DNA of 64,000 nt from Mycobacteriales bacterium (GTDB lineage: Bacteria; Actinomycetota; Actinomycetes; Mycobacteriales; SCTD01): positions 67,093 to 131,092 of the forward strand of contig JAUYQP010000015.1 in NCBI GenBank assembly GCA_030697205.1, in the 5' to 3' direction. This document shows, one piece after another, positions 54,908-63,486 of the stretch (position 1 is the first letter of the stretch; every line of letters begins with the position of its first letter). Position numbers and translations under genes: made by a program. A model generated the notes under the pieces. It did not search any database and was not told where the DNA came from. It saw only the letters and a program-made list of their open reading frames with translations.

Positions 54908-56023
54908 ATGCCGGGTGTCAGGGTCTTGGTCGGGACGCGCAAGGGGGCGTTCGTGCTCACCAGCGACGAGGGGCGGCGTGACTGGGTCATCAGCGGGCCG
55001 CACTTTGCGGGCTGGGAGGTCTACCACCTCGCCGGCTCACCGGTGGACCCCGACCGGCTCTGGGCGTCGCAGTCCGGCGACTGGTTCGGCCAGGTCCTGC
55101 AGGCCTCGCGCGACGGCGGCGCGACGTGGGACCCGGTCGGCAACGATCTGGCCTACGCCGGTGACCCCGGCAGTCGCAAGGACTACGACGGCACGCCGAA
55201 GCCGTTCGCGTTCACGCGGGTCTGGCACCTCGAGCCGTCGCTGTTCGACGCCGACACCGTCTACGCCGGGGTCGAGGACGCCGCCCTCTTCCGGTCCGGC
55301 GACGCGGGGGCGTCCTGGACCGAGCTGCCCGCGCTCCGCCAGCACCCGAGCGCACCGGAGTGGCAGCCGGGCGCCGGCGGCCTGTGCCTGCACACGATCC
55401 TCCAGCACCCGACGGACCCGCAGCGGCTGTTCACCGCAATCAGCGCCGCCGGGGCCTTCCGCACCGACGACGGCGGGCAGTCCTGGCTGCCGATCAACAA
55501 GGGCCTGCTGTCGGGCGAGATCCCGGAGCAGGAGGCCGAGGTCGGCCACTGCGTGCACAAGCTCGCGATGCACCCCGACCGCCCGGACACGCTGTTCATG
55601 CAGAAGCACTGGGACGTCATGCGCACCGACGACGCCGGCGGGCAGTGGACCGAGGTCAGCGGCGACCTGCCGACCGACTTCGGCTTCGCGATCGACGTGC
55701 ACGCCCACGAGCCGGAGACCGTCTTCGTCGTACCCATCACCAGCGACTACCTGCACGTGACCCACCAGGGACGACTGCGGGTCTACCGCAGCCGCACGGG
55801 CGGCGGGGAGTGGGAGCCGCTGACGAAGGGCCTGCCGCAGGAGAACTGCTTCGTCAACGTCCTGCGCGACGCGATGGCCGTCGACCGGCTCGACGAGTGC
55901 GGGGTCTACGTCGGGACCACGGGTGGCCAAGTCTACTGCTCGCCCGACGGGGGCGACTCGTGGGATGCGATCGCGATGCACCTGCCGGCGGTGCTGTCGG
56001 TCGAGGTGCAGACGCTGCCATGA
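54908..56023 (+). CDS. BNR/Asp-box repeat beta-propeller protein (sialidase/Ycf48-like fold), cytoplasmic
   Basis: Asp-boxes [40 protein letters not shown]; AAGGAGG RBS before the ATG; no signal peptide. Confidence 0.75.
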   Translation: MPGVRVLVGTRKGAFVLTSDEGRRDWVISGPHFAGWEVYHLAGSPVDPDRLWASQSGDWFGQVLQASRDGGATWDPVGNDLAYAGDPGSRKDYDGTPKPFAFTRVWHLEPSLFDADTVYAGVEDAALFRSGDAGASWTELPALRQHPSAPEWQPGAGGLCLHTILQHPTDPQRLFTAISAAGAFRTDDGGQSWLPINKGLLSGEIPEQEAEVGHCVHKLAMHPDRPDTLFMQKHWDVMRTDDAGGQWTEVSGDLPTDFGFAIDVHAHEPETVFVVPITSDYLHVTHQGRLRVYRSRTGGGEWEPLTKGLPQENCFVNVLRDAMAVDRLDECGVYVGTTGGQVYCSPDGGDSWDAIAMHLPAVLSVEVQTLP

Positions 56024-56307
56024 CGCGGGTCGTGCTGCCCTACCACCTGAAGTCGCTCGCGAAGGTCGACGGAGAGGTCACGGTCGAGGGCTCGACGGTT
56101 GCCGAGGTCGTCGACGCGCTCGAGGCCGCCTACCCGGCCCTGCGCGGCACGATCCGCGACCCGGCGACCGGGCTGCGCCGCGCGTTCGTGCGGATCTACG
56201 CCTGCGAGGAGGACCTGTCGCACCAGCCCGTCGACGACCCTCTGCCCGACGCCGTCCTCGACGGTCGCGAGCCCGTCCTCGTCATCGGCGCGATGTCCGG
56301 CGGTTGA
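56020..56307 (+). CDS. MoaD/ThiS-family ubiquitin-like protein ending in Gly-Gly
   Basis: 95 aa; beta-grasp-like pattern; C-terminus ..VIGAMSGG*; ATGA overlap with the propeller gene. Confidence 0.7.
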   Translation: MTRVVLPYHLKSLAKVDGEVTVEGSTVAEVVDALEAAYPALRGTIRDPATGLRRAFVRIYACEEDLSHQPVDDPLPDAVLDGREPVLVIGAMSGG

Positions 56308-56313
56308 GCAGCC

Positions 56314-56709
56314 TCAGACGCCCCGCACCTCGACCAGGCCCTCAAGCCCGGCCAGGTCCACGGCGTTGCGCGTCAGCAGCGGCAGGTCGTGGGTCAGGGC
56401 GATGGCCGCGATCATCAGGTCGAGCGCGCGCGGCCGGTGGGAACGGCCTGCATCGGCGACCGCTGCGACCACCTGCCCGTAGCCGCGGGCCGCGGCGCGG
56501 TCGAAGTCGAGGGGCTCGAACAGGGACTCGACCTCCTGCAGCCGCGTCAGTCGTCGGGCGCGCTCAGCCGCCGTCCTGGCCAGGTGCGGCCCGGTCGCGA
56601 GCTCGGCGACCGTGATCGTCGACACCGACACCTCGTCGGGGAGGGCCGCTGCGACCTCGGGGAGGTCCCAGTCGATGACGACCGAGGTGTCGAGCAGCCC
56701 AGCGGTCAC
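56314..56709 (-). CDS. vapC: type II toxin VapC (PIN-domain ribonuclease)
   Basis: LLDTSVVID N-terminal acidic motif, later D/E residues; GTGA overlap with the antitoxin. Confidence 0.85.
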   Translation of the reverse strand: MTAGLLDTSVVIDWDLPEVAAALPDEVSVSTITVAELATGPHLARTAAERARRLTRLQEVESLFEPLDFDRAAARGYGQVVAAVADAGRSHRPRALDLMIAAIALTHDLPLLTRNAVDLAGLEGLVEVRGV

Positions 56710-56954
56710 AGGCCCGGGTCGACGATCGCGTCCAGCTCCGACCGCCACGCCCGGCGGTCCAGCGGGCGCGCCGTGGCCAGTGCAGCCAGCAGCTCGGCGC
56801 GAGGCACGCGGGTCCTGCGGCCAGCGACCACCGGCCTCAGCTCGGCCACTGGCGTGCCGTTGCGCGTCACGAGGAAGCTCTCGCCCGCCACCACCGCGGC
56901 GAGGACCTTGCCGCTGTCGTTGCGCAGGTCCCGTTGCGCGATCACCTTCGTCAT
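56706..56954 (-). CDS. vapB: type II antitoxin (Phd/YefM-type) paired with VapC
   Basis: 82 aa; ..QRDLRNDSGKVLAAVVAGESFLVTRNGTPVAEL pattern. Confidence 0.8.
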   Translation of the reverse strand: MTKVIAQRDLRNDSGKVLAAVVAGESFLVTRNGTPVAELRPVVAGRRTRVPRAELLAALATARPLDRRAWRSELDAIVDPGL

Positions 56955-56996
56955 GCCTCAGCGTAGCACTCGCTGCTACAGCGCGCTACGCAGCAT

Positions 56997-57311
56997 CTAC
57001 TCCACGCGGCGGGGCGGCCAGGGGCGGTAGCGCCAGACGACCACGCCCTCGACGTCACCCACCCCGCGCGTCACGCCGTGCCCCTCGACGGCCGGGTTCT
57101 CCGACTCGAGCTGCCATCCGCCGTCGGCCCTGGCGACGGCCCGCTTCACGACCAGCCGGTCCGGCAGCTCGCGGAAGCGGGCCACCACGACGTCACCCTC
57201 GGCGACCTGCCCTCGACGCCGCACCAGCACGCTGTCGCCGTCGGCGAGAACGGGGAGCATGGAGGGCCCGGAGACGACCGCCCGGTGCCACCGAGCCTTC
57301 GAGTAGCGCAC
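56997..57311 (-). CDS. sodX: S26-family Ni-SOD maturation protease
   Basis: GPSMLP catalytic-Ser motif, VKR Lys; divergent from sodN by 38 bp. Confidence 0.8.
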   Translation of the reverse strand: MRYSKARWHRAVVSGPSMLPVLADGDSVLVRRRGQVAEGDVVVARFRELPDRLVVKRAVARADGGWQLESENPAVEGHGVTRGVGDVEGVVVWRYRPWPPRRVE

Positions 57312-57349
57312 CTCAGTAGTGTCGGGGACAGCCGACGAAAGGACCTCTC

Positions 57350-57751
57350 ATGCGCTTCCTCAGCAAGCTGGTCGTCTCCGCCCACTGCGACGTGCCGTGC
57401 GGTATCTACGACCCCTCCACCGCGCAGATCGCGGCCAAGACGGTCAAGGCGATGTACGACAAGTTCGCCGCCGTGACCGGTGACGACGACAAGGCTCTCA
57501 ACTCCAAGACCCGCATGGTGCTGGTCAAGGAGGAGCACGCCCAGAAGGTCAAGGACGAGCTGCTCATCCTGTGGACGGACTACTTCAAGCCCGCCCACGA
57601 GGAGGCTCACCCCGGCCTCGGTGAGAAGATCAAGGCCGCCTGCAACACCGCGTCGAAGGCCAAGCAGGAGTTCGACCCGGCCCACGCCGACACCCTGATC
57701 ACCCAGGTCGACGAGATCGCCGAGATCTTCTGGGCGACCAAGAAGGCCTAG
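57350..57751 (+). CDS. sodN: nickel superoxide dismutase precursor
   Basis: Leader MRFLSKLVVSA followed by the Ni-hook HCDVPCGIYDP. Confidence 0.95.
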   Translation: MRFLSKLVVSAHCDVPCGIYDPSTAQIAAKTVKAMYDKFAAVTGDDDKALNSKTRMVLVKEEHAQKVKDELLILWTDYFKPAHEEAHPGLGEKIKAACNTASKAKQEFDPAHADTLITQVDEIAEIFWATKKA

Positions 57752-57773
57752 CTCCAGCCCCGTACGCCGCACG

Positions 57774-57803
57774 CGGCCCGGCACCCCCACGGGTGCCGGG
57801 CCG
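57774..57803 (+). terminator. sodN terminator hairpin
   Basis: CGGCCCGGCACCC-ccac-GGGTGCCGGGCCG, perfect 13-bp stem, 22 nt after the stop; followed by TTGCCGT. Confidence 0.6.
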
Positions 57804-57826
57804 TTGCCGTCTGCGAGCCTTCCCCC

Positions 57827-58411
57827 GTGGGCGACCTGCTGTTGGTGAGGCACGGCGAGACCGCGTGGTCACGCGCGCACAAGCACACCGGCCGCACGGA
57901 CCTCCCCCTGACCGAGCGCGGCGAGGCGCAGGCCCGGTCGCTCGCCGGACTGCTCGTCGCGGGCACCCGCTGCGTCACGTCGCCGCTGGTGCGGGCCCGC
58001 CGAACCGCTCTGCTGGCAGGCTTTCCCGACGCCGAGGTCGACGGCGACCTCGTCGAGTGGGACAACGGTGACTACGAATCGCGCACCACCGCCGAGATCC
58101 GCGCGGAGCGGTCGGGCTGGTGGATCTGGACCGACCCGCCGCCCGGCGGTGAGTCCGCCGCCGACGTCGAGCTCCGGTGCCGGCGCACCCTCGCGCGGGT
58201 CGCGCCGCTGCTGGACGAGGGCGACGTCGTGCTGTTCGGGCACGGCCACTCGTTGCGCGCGCTCGCCGGCACCTGGGTCGGCTGGGGCGCCGTCGGCGGC
58301 GCGGCCTTCACGATGGACGCCGGGTCGGTGAGCACCCTGGGCACCTATCGCGACCACCCAGTTGTCATGAGGTGGAACGACACGTCAAGCCACCCCCCGG
58401 AGGACCTGTGA
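57827..58411 (+). CDS. histidine phosphatase (phosphoglycerate-mutase-like) family protein
   Basis: LVRHGET(A)W RHG motif; downstream GHGH. Confidence 0.85.
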   Translation: MGDLLLVRHGETAWSRAHKHTGRTDLPLTERGEAQARSLAGLLVAGTRCVTSPLVRARRTALLAGFPDAEVDGDLVEWDNGDYESRTTAEIRAERSGWWIWTDPPPGGESAADVELRCRRTLARVAPLLDEGDVVLFGHGHSLRALAGTWVGWGAVGGAAFTMDAGSVSTLGTYRDHPVVMRWNDTSSHPPEDL

Positions 58412-58881
58412 GCATCCGCCCGGCCACGCCCGCCGACGTCGAGGTCGTGCTGCAGCTCGTCCGCGAGCTGGCGGCCTACGAGCGCGCGCCCGACGCCGTC
58501 GAGGCCACCGCCTCGATGCTCCAGGAGGCGCTGTTCGGCCACTCCCCGGTGGCCAGCTGCCACCTTGTCGAGCTCGACGGCGAGGTCGTGGGCTTCGCGC
58601 TCTGGTACGTCACGTTCTCCACCTGGAAGGGCCTGCCCGGGCTCTGGCTCGAGGACCTGTTCGTCCGCCCCGAAGCCCGCGGGTCCGGTCTCGGCCGCGC
58701 CCTGCTCCAGACCCTCGCCGGCGTAGCCGTCGAGCGCGGCTACGCCCGGTTCGAATGGTGGGTGCTCGACTGGAACACCCCCGCGCAGGGCTTCTACGAG
58801 AGCCTCGGCGCGAAGCCCGAGGACGAGTGGACCGTCTGGCGCGTCGACGGCGATGCGCTCACCGCTCTCGCGGGCGCTTGA
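58408..58881 (+). CDS. GNAT-family N-acetyltransferase
   Basis: RGSGLGRALL acetyl-CoA motif; GTGA overlap upstream. Confidence 0.85.
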   Translation: MSIRPATPADVEVVLQLVRELAAYERAPDAVEATASMLQEALFGHSPVASCHLVELDGEVVGFALWYVTFSTWKGLPGLWLEDLFVRPEARGSGLGRALLQTLAGVAVERGYARFEWWVLDWNTPAQGFYESLGAKPEDEWTVWRVDGDALTALAGA

Positions 58882-58987
58882 CGCAGGAGCGTGCTGGCTG
58901 TCGACTCCGTGACGTGACCGCCGTCACGCGGTAGTTTCACGAGAACACGTTCTACTCACGACCGCATCACCACCCGAAGGAGTCTCG

Positions 58988-60133
58988 ATGCAGACGCGCG
59001 CCGCCATCCTCTACGGCCCCCAGACCGAGTGGTCCGTCGAGGACATCGAGCTCGACCCGCCCAAGGCCGGCGAGGTGCTCGTCAAGCTGGCCGCCTCCGG
59101 GCTGTGCCACAGCGACGAGCACATGGTCACGGGCGACATGGTGCTGCCGCAGGACATCGCCGACTTCATGGGGCTGTCGCAGTTCCCCGTCATCGGCGGC
59201 CACGAGGGCGCCGGCGAGGTCATCGAGGTCGGCGAGGGCGTCACCGAGCTCGAGGTCGGCGACCACGTCGTCTTCTCCTTCATCCCGAGCTGCGGGAAGT
59301 GCAAGAGCTGCCGCATCGGCCAGTCGCACCTGTGCGACCTCGGCGCCTTCCTGCTCGGCGGCCGCCAGTTCACCGACCAGACGGCACGCCACCACACCAA
59401 GGACGGCAAGGACCTCGGCATCATGGTCGGCGTCGGCACCTTCTCGCCGTACTCCGTGGTCTCGACCCAGTCCTGCGTCAAGATCGACAAGGACATCCCG
59501 CTCGAGAAGGCCGCCCTCGTCGGCTGCGGCGTCACCACCGGCTGGGGCTCGGCCGTCAACGCCGCCGACGTCCAGCCCGGCGAGACCGTCGTCGTCTACG
59601 GCGTCGGCGGCATCGGCAACGCCGCCGTCCAGGGCGCGGCTCTCGCCGGCGCCCTCAACGTCGTCGTCGTCGAGCCGGTCGAGTGGAAGCGCGAGGCGAT
59701 CCTCGCCTTCGGCGCGACCCACACCGCCGCCTCCCACGAGGAGGCGTTCTTCCTCGTCCAGGGCCTCACCGAGGGCCGGATGGCCGACAAGGCGATCCTC
59801 TGCGTCGGCACCGGCGAGGGCGGCCACGTCGCCCAGCTGATGTCCATCATCAAGAAGGCCGGACGCGCGGTCGTCACGTCGGTCACGCCGATGCTGGCCG
59901 AGGACGTCAAGCTCAACCTGTTCGAGTTCGCCATGCAGCGCAAGGAGCTCGTCGGCTGCATCTTCGGCAACGCCAACCCGGCGGTCGACATCCCCAAGCT
60001 GCTCGCCCTCTACAAGGCCGGCAAGCTCAAGCTCGACGAGATGGTGACCACCGAATACACCCTCGACGAGATCAACCAGGGCTACCAGGACATGCGCGAC
60101 GGCAAGAACTTCCGCGGCCTGATCCGCTACTAG
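58988..60133 (+). CDS. zinc-dependent alcohol dehydrogenase (NDMA-dependent ADH-like subfamily)
   Basis: GLCHSDEH, GHEGAGEV, CGKCKSC zinc motifs; GVGGIGN Rossmann motif. Confidence 0.85.
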   Translation: MQTRAAILYGPQTEWSVEDIELDPPKAGEVLVKLAASGLCHSDEHMVTGDMVLPQDIADFMGLSQFPVIGGHEGAGEVIEVGEGVTELEVGDHVVFSFIPSCGKCKSCRIGQSHLCDLGAFLLGGRQFTDQTARHHTKDGKDLGIMVGVGTFSPYSVVSTQSCVKIDKDIPLEKAALVGCGVTTGWGSAVNAADVQPGETVVVYGVGGIGNAAVQGAALAGALNVVVVEPVEWKREAILAFGATHTAASHEEAFFLVQGLTEGRMADKAILCVGTGEGGHVAQLMSIIKKAGRAVVTSVTPMLAEDVKLNLFEFAMQRKELVGCIFGNANPAVDIPKLLALYKAGKLKLDEMVTTEYTLDEINQGYQDMRDGKNFRGLIRY

Positions 60134-60438
60134 AGGCGCAGCCCGACCGCCGCGGCGGTCACGCAGAGGGCGAGGGTCGAGACCGCATAGACGGTCCGGC
60201 CCTCGCCCTCGCTGCTGTCCAGCGCGAAGGCCGAGAAGGTCGTGAACGCACCGCAGAACCCGGTGCCCAGCACGGCGTACGCCGAGGACGAGGCCCCCTG
60301 CGCGAGCAGCACGCCCAGCGCGAAGCTGCCCGCGACGTTGACCACCAGGGTGCCGCGCCGTCCGGGCAGGCGCTGCCCGACCAGCCACCGCGCGACGGCA
60401 CCGAACGCGCCACCCAGGGCGACGAGCAGGGCGGTCAC
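60130..60438 (-). CDS. crcB: fluoride channel CrcB/Fluc, paralogue 2
   Basis: GGAFGAVARW and GFCGAFTTFSAF motifs; 102 aa. Confidence 0.8.
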   Translation of the reverse strand: MTALLVALGGAFGAVARWLVGQRLPGRRGTLVVNVAGSFALGVLLAQGASSSAYAVLGTGFCGAFTTFSAFALDSSEGEGRTVYAVSTLALCVTAAAVGLRL

Positions 60439-60767
60439 CGGCGGGCACCGAGCGCGAGGCCGAGCCGGCACAGGGCGACACCGCCGACCACGCTGATCGC
60501 CAGGTAGACGATGTTGGCCGGTTCCTCGGAGGAGGCCACGTCGACCGCGACCGCGCTCATCGTCGTGAAGCCGCCGAGGACGCCTGTGCCGAGAAAGGCC
60601 CGCGCCCGGTCGGTGGGTCGCCGCGCGACGAGCAGACCGATGAGCAGGCAGCCGGACAGGTTGACCAGCAGCGTCGCGGGCCGCGCCGTCGGGGCGGACT
60701 CGAGCACGGCGTACCTCGCCAGCGACCCCAGCGCCCCACCCAGGACCACGAGCGCGACGATTCCCAC
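60435..60767 (-). CDS. crcB: fluoride channel CrcB/Fluc, paralogue 1
   Basis: GGALGSLARY and GVLGGFTTMSAV motifs; 110 aa from the GTG at 60767. Confidence 0.8.
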   Translation of the reverse strand: MGIVALVVLGGALGSLARYAVLESAPTARPATLLVNLSGCLLIGLLVARRPTDRARAFLGTGVLGGFTTMSAVAVDVASSEEPANIVYLAISVVGGVALCRLGLALGARR

Positions 60768-60795
60768 CCCACCACTGTCCCCCTTGTACGCCGCT

Positions 60796-60905
60796 GTCGG
60801 CCCCACAACCCCGCCTGTGCGCTCGTGTCGGCCCCACAACCCCGCCTGTGCGCCCGTGTCGGCGCTACGGCCCTCCGTAGCGCCGACAACGGCGCACAAG
60901 CGGGG
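60796..60905. repeat. composite element: 27-nt direct repeat at 31-nt period plus 31-bp-arm palindrome (perfect 13-bp core hairpin)
   Basis: GTCGGCCCCACAACCCCGCCTGTGCGC at 60796 and 60827; hairpin GTCGGCGCTACGG-ccct-CCGTAGCGCCGAC at 60858-60887; arms extend to 60840/60905 with 3 mismatches. Confidence 0.8.
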
Positions 60906-60950
60906 GAGGACGGTGGGGGTGCGGCCCGGGCGTGGGGCGTGGGGCCGGGG

Positions 60951-62888
60951 TCAGGCGTCGGGCGCGGGGTCGGGGCGGCGGGCGCGCAGGGCCAGGCCGG
61001 CGGCGAGGGCGGCCGCACCAGCCGCCGCCAGGGCGTCGCGGCCACCGGTCGCGGGCAGCAGGCCGGGGATGTCAGCGACGACGGTGTCGGGCCGGGCGGG
61101 GGCGGTCGGAGTGGTCGACAGCGCGAAGGGGGCGGCCACGACGAGCTCGACGTTGCGGTCCTCGACCGCGCCGCGGCGGCCGTCACCGCGCCCCTGCCAG
61201 TCGTTGGCGGCCAGCTCACGGGCCAGCGAGGCCAGGGCCTGCGGGGAGTCGAGGCGCCCGGCGTAGGCCAGCGGCGCGGCGGCGTCGACGATCGTGCCGA
61301 AGACCGACAGGGTGCCATCGCGGTTGTCGAGCAGCTCGAGCACACGGGCCTGCGCGGGCCAGTCGACGTGGGACGCGGTGCTGATCTCCCAGAAGCCCCC
61401 TCCGCCGGGCCGCAGGTGCGCGCGGACCTCGTTGCGGTGGGTGTGGCCGTCGACCCAGAGCACGAGCGCGGGGGCGACGAGCAGCGCGTCGAGGATCTGG
61501 GCGCCGAGCACCCGCAACTGCGGGTCATCGACGAAGGTGATCGGGTTCTCCAGCGACTGGCTGGTGTGGTGGCTGAAGAGCAGCGCCACCTTGCGCTCCG
61601 ACTCCGCCCGCGCCAGCTCGGCCTGCAGCCAGGCGAACTGCTCGGCGTCGAGCGAGCCGTCGGCGTAGCCGTTGGGGTTGCAGGTGTCCATGACGATGCC
61701 GCGCACCGACGGGTGCGGGTCGAAGACGTAGTGGGCGGTGCCCGCGGCGACGTTGGCCGCGGTGTAGCCGTGACCGAGCGGCAGCCCGCCGGTGGTGAAG
61801 TGCTCCTTCACCGACTCCGTGCGGCTGATGACCGCGCGCATCGGGTCCGGCGTGACCTGCCGGGCCGGTGCGGCGGCCAGCGCGGCCGCCGCGGCCGGGT
61901 CGCCCTTGCGCAGGTCGTCGATCGACACACCGGCCGGCAACGACGTGACCTTCAGCGGCCCGACCGCGATCTGGCCGAGCTGGATCGACACCGGGAAGTT
62001 GCCCTGGACGAGCCCGTCGTGGTTGCCGAAGCAGGTGTACCAAGGGATCGACAGGCCTTTCGGCGTGAAGGCGCGGCGGGAGGCGTCGAGCAGGCCCGGC
62101 ACGGTCGGGAAGCCGTAGAGCCGACGGGCGTTGTCGTCGGCCGCGAGGGGCCCTGCCCCCGGGGGCGTCCCGTCGGGGTGCCAGTAGTGGATGTCGTAGT
62201 CGTCCGGGGAGGCATCCGCCACCGACTCGGTCCGCGCGGGGTCGCCGGAGTCCGGGGTGAAGCGGGTCCCGTCGAGGACGTCGATCTGCCAGCGCAGCTC
62301 GTTGCGCTGGCAGTTGTCGTTGTTGTCGCCCGTACAGATCGCGAAGTCGAGGCGCCGCCCGGACACCGGGCCGACCCGCACGTCCTCGACCGCCTGCACG
62401 ATGGCGTCCGCGACCTGGGTGGTCAGCATCTCCTGCGGGCGGTAGGCCGCCGAGAAGATCAACGCCGTCTGCGGGTCGTCGTCGTAGCGGTCGGTGTACT
62501 CCACCCGGGCCGGCGACTGCGCGTCGATGACGTGGATGTCGGTGAGGTGCGCCAGCGCCAGCAGCGGGCGCCGGCGGCCGGCCCGCCCGGCCCGGGCCTT
62601 CGTGCCGAGGTCCTCGCGCAGCAGGTGCGGCTCGCCCGGCCCGGAGACGACCCGGACGTAGCCCTGGGCGTTTACGGCCGGTCCGCGCAGGACGGTGCTG
62701 TCCAGTGTTGTCCCCTGCGGCCGCAGGGGCACGGCCGCGTCGGCGCGAGACGGGAACGCCGTCGCCCCGAGCACGGGCGCCGCCGCAGCGGCCTTCAGCA
62801 CCGTCCGTCGTGTCGCCCGCACGTGTCCGCCCTTCGTCCACTCCCCGGTCGGGCACCGTTGCCCCCGGGTGCCGCCAGTGTTCACCAC
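60951..62888 (-). CDS. TAT-exported, LPXTG-anchored metallophosphoesterase
   Basis: TRRTVLKAAAA twin-Arg signal; GDNND and GNHD phosphoesterase motifs; C-terminal LPATGG plus hydrophobic stretch plus RARR. Confidence 0.8.
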   Translation of the reverse strand: MVNTGGTRGQRCPTGEWTKGGHVRATRRTVLKAAAAAPVLGATAFPSRADAAVPLRPQGTTLDSTVLRGPAVNAQGYVRVVSGPGEPHLLREDLGTKARAGRAGRRRPLLALAHLTDIHVIDAQSPARVEYTDRYDDDPQTALIFSAAYRPQEMLTTQVADAIVQAVEDVRVGPVSGRRLDFAICTGDNNDNCQRNELRWQIDVLDGTRFTPDSGDPARTESVADASPDDYDIHYWHPDGTPPGAGPLAADDNARRLYGFPTVPGLLDASRRAFTPKGLSIPWYTCFGNHDGLVQGNFPVSIQLGQIAVGPLKVTSLPAGVSIDDLRKGDPAAAAALAAAPARQVTPDPMRAVISRTESVKEHFTTGGLPLGHGYTAANVAAGTAHYVFDPHPSVRGIVMDTCNPNGYADGSLDAEQFAWLQAELARAESERKVALLFSHHTSQSLENPITFVDDPQLRVLGAQILDALLVAPALVLWVDGHTHRNEVRAHLRPGGGGFWEISTASHVDWPAQARVLELLDNRDGTLSVFGTIVDAAAPLAYAGRLDSPQALASLARELAANDWQGRGDGRRGAVEDRNVELVVAAPFALSTTPTAPARPDTVVADIPGLLPATGGRDALAAAGAAALAAGLALRARRPDPAPDA

Positions 62889-63042
62889 CAGGGCCCGCTT
62901 CGTGCGGCACAGATCTCGCTCGGCCAGGTGTGGCGACCCGCAAAGGGGGCATGCTGACGTCGACGGGGCGCGTGCCCGGTCGCCCTGGCGCGCTCAGGGC
63001 CAGTCGTGCGACCCCGGTGACGCGGGGTCGGTAGGAGGGGGC

Positions 63043-63486
63043 ATGACGGACGGCATGAGTAGCCCAGCGAGCCAGACGAGCGGACCCGCGCCCACCGGCG
63101 CGACCCGCGACGTCGTCACCCTGCGACTGCCCGCCGCCGGCGCCTACCTGTCGGTGCTGCGCACCGCGACGGCGAGCCTCGCCTCGCGCCTCGACTTCAC
63201 CATCGACGACATCGAGGACCTGCGGATCGCGGTCGACGAGGCCTGCGCGATGCTGCTGTCCCAGGCGGTGCCGGGCGCCGACCTCGAGTGCAGCTTCGAG
63301 CTGACCCGCGACGCGATCGCCGTCTCGGTGACCGTCCTGACGCTGTCGGGCCAACAGCCCTCCCGCGACACCTTCGCGTGGACCGTCCTCACCGCGCTGG
63401 CCGGCGAGGTCGACAGCTCGGTCGACGCCGACGAGCGCGTGACGATCTCGCTGCGCAAGCACCGCGACGAGCAGGCCCCGGCATGA
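63043..63486 (+). CDS. anti-sigma factor (RsbW/UsfX-like)
   Basis: 147 aa; ..DDIEDLRIAVDEACAMLL.. pattern; ATGA overlap with the following sigma gene; GGAGG RBS. Confidence 0.65.
   Translation: MTDGMSSPASQTSGPAPTGATRDVVTLRLPAAGAYLSVLRTATASLASRLDFTIDDIEDLRIAVDEACAMLLSQAVPGADLECSFELTRDAIAVSVTVLTLSGQQPSRDTFAWTVLTALAGEVDSSVDADERVTISLRKHRDEQAPA

Noticed and set aside
58942-58953. AGAACacGTTCT near-palindrome flanked by TCACGA direct repeats upstream of the Zn-ADH
   Set aside because: It is a plausible operator in a local GC dip, but the arms are only 5 bp, there is no adjacent regulator gene and I recognise no family consensus. It is too weak to call.
60796-60888. 31-nt-period repeats considered as a mini CRISPR array
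   Set aside because: There are only two full repeats and one diverged copy, the spacers are 4 nt, and no cas genes are present. The periodicity is far too short for CRISPR.
60768-60950. Fluoride riboswitch expected upstream of crcB
   Set aside because: I looked on the minus strand for the conserved core elements and could not find them by eye. It is reported as absent or unrecognised rather than annotated, and it needs a cmsearch.
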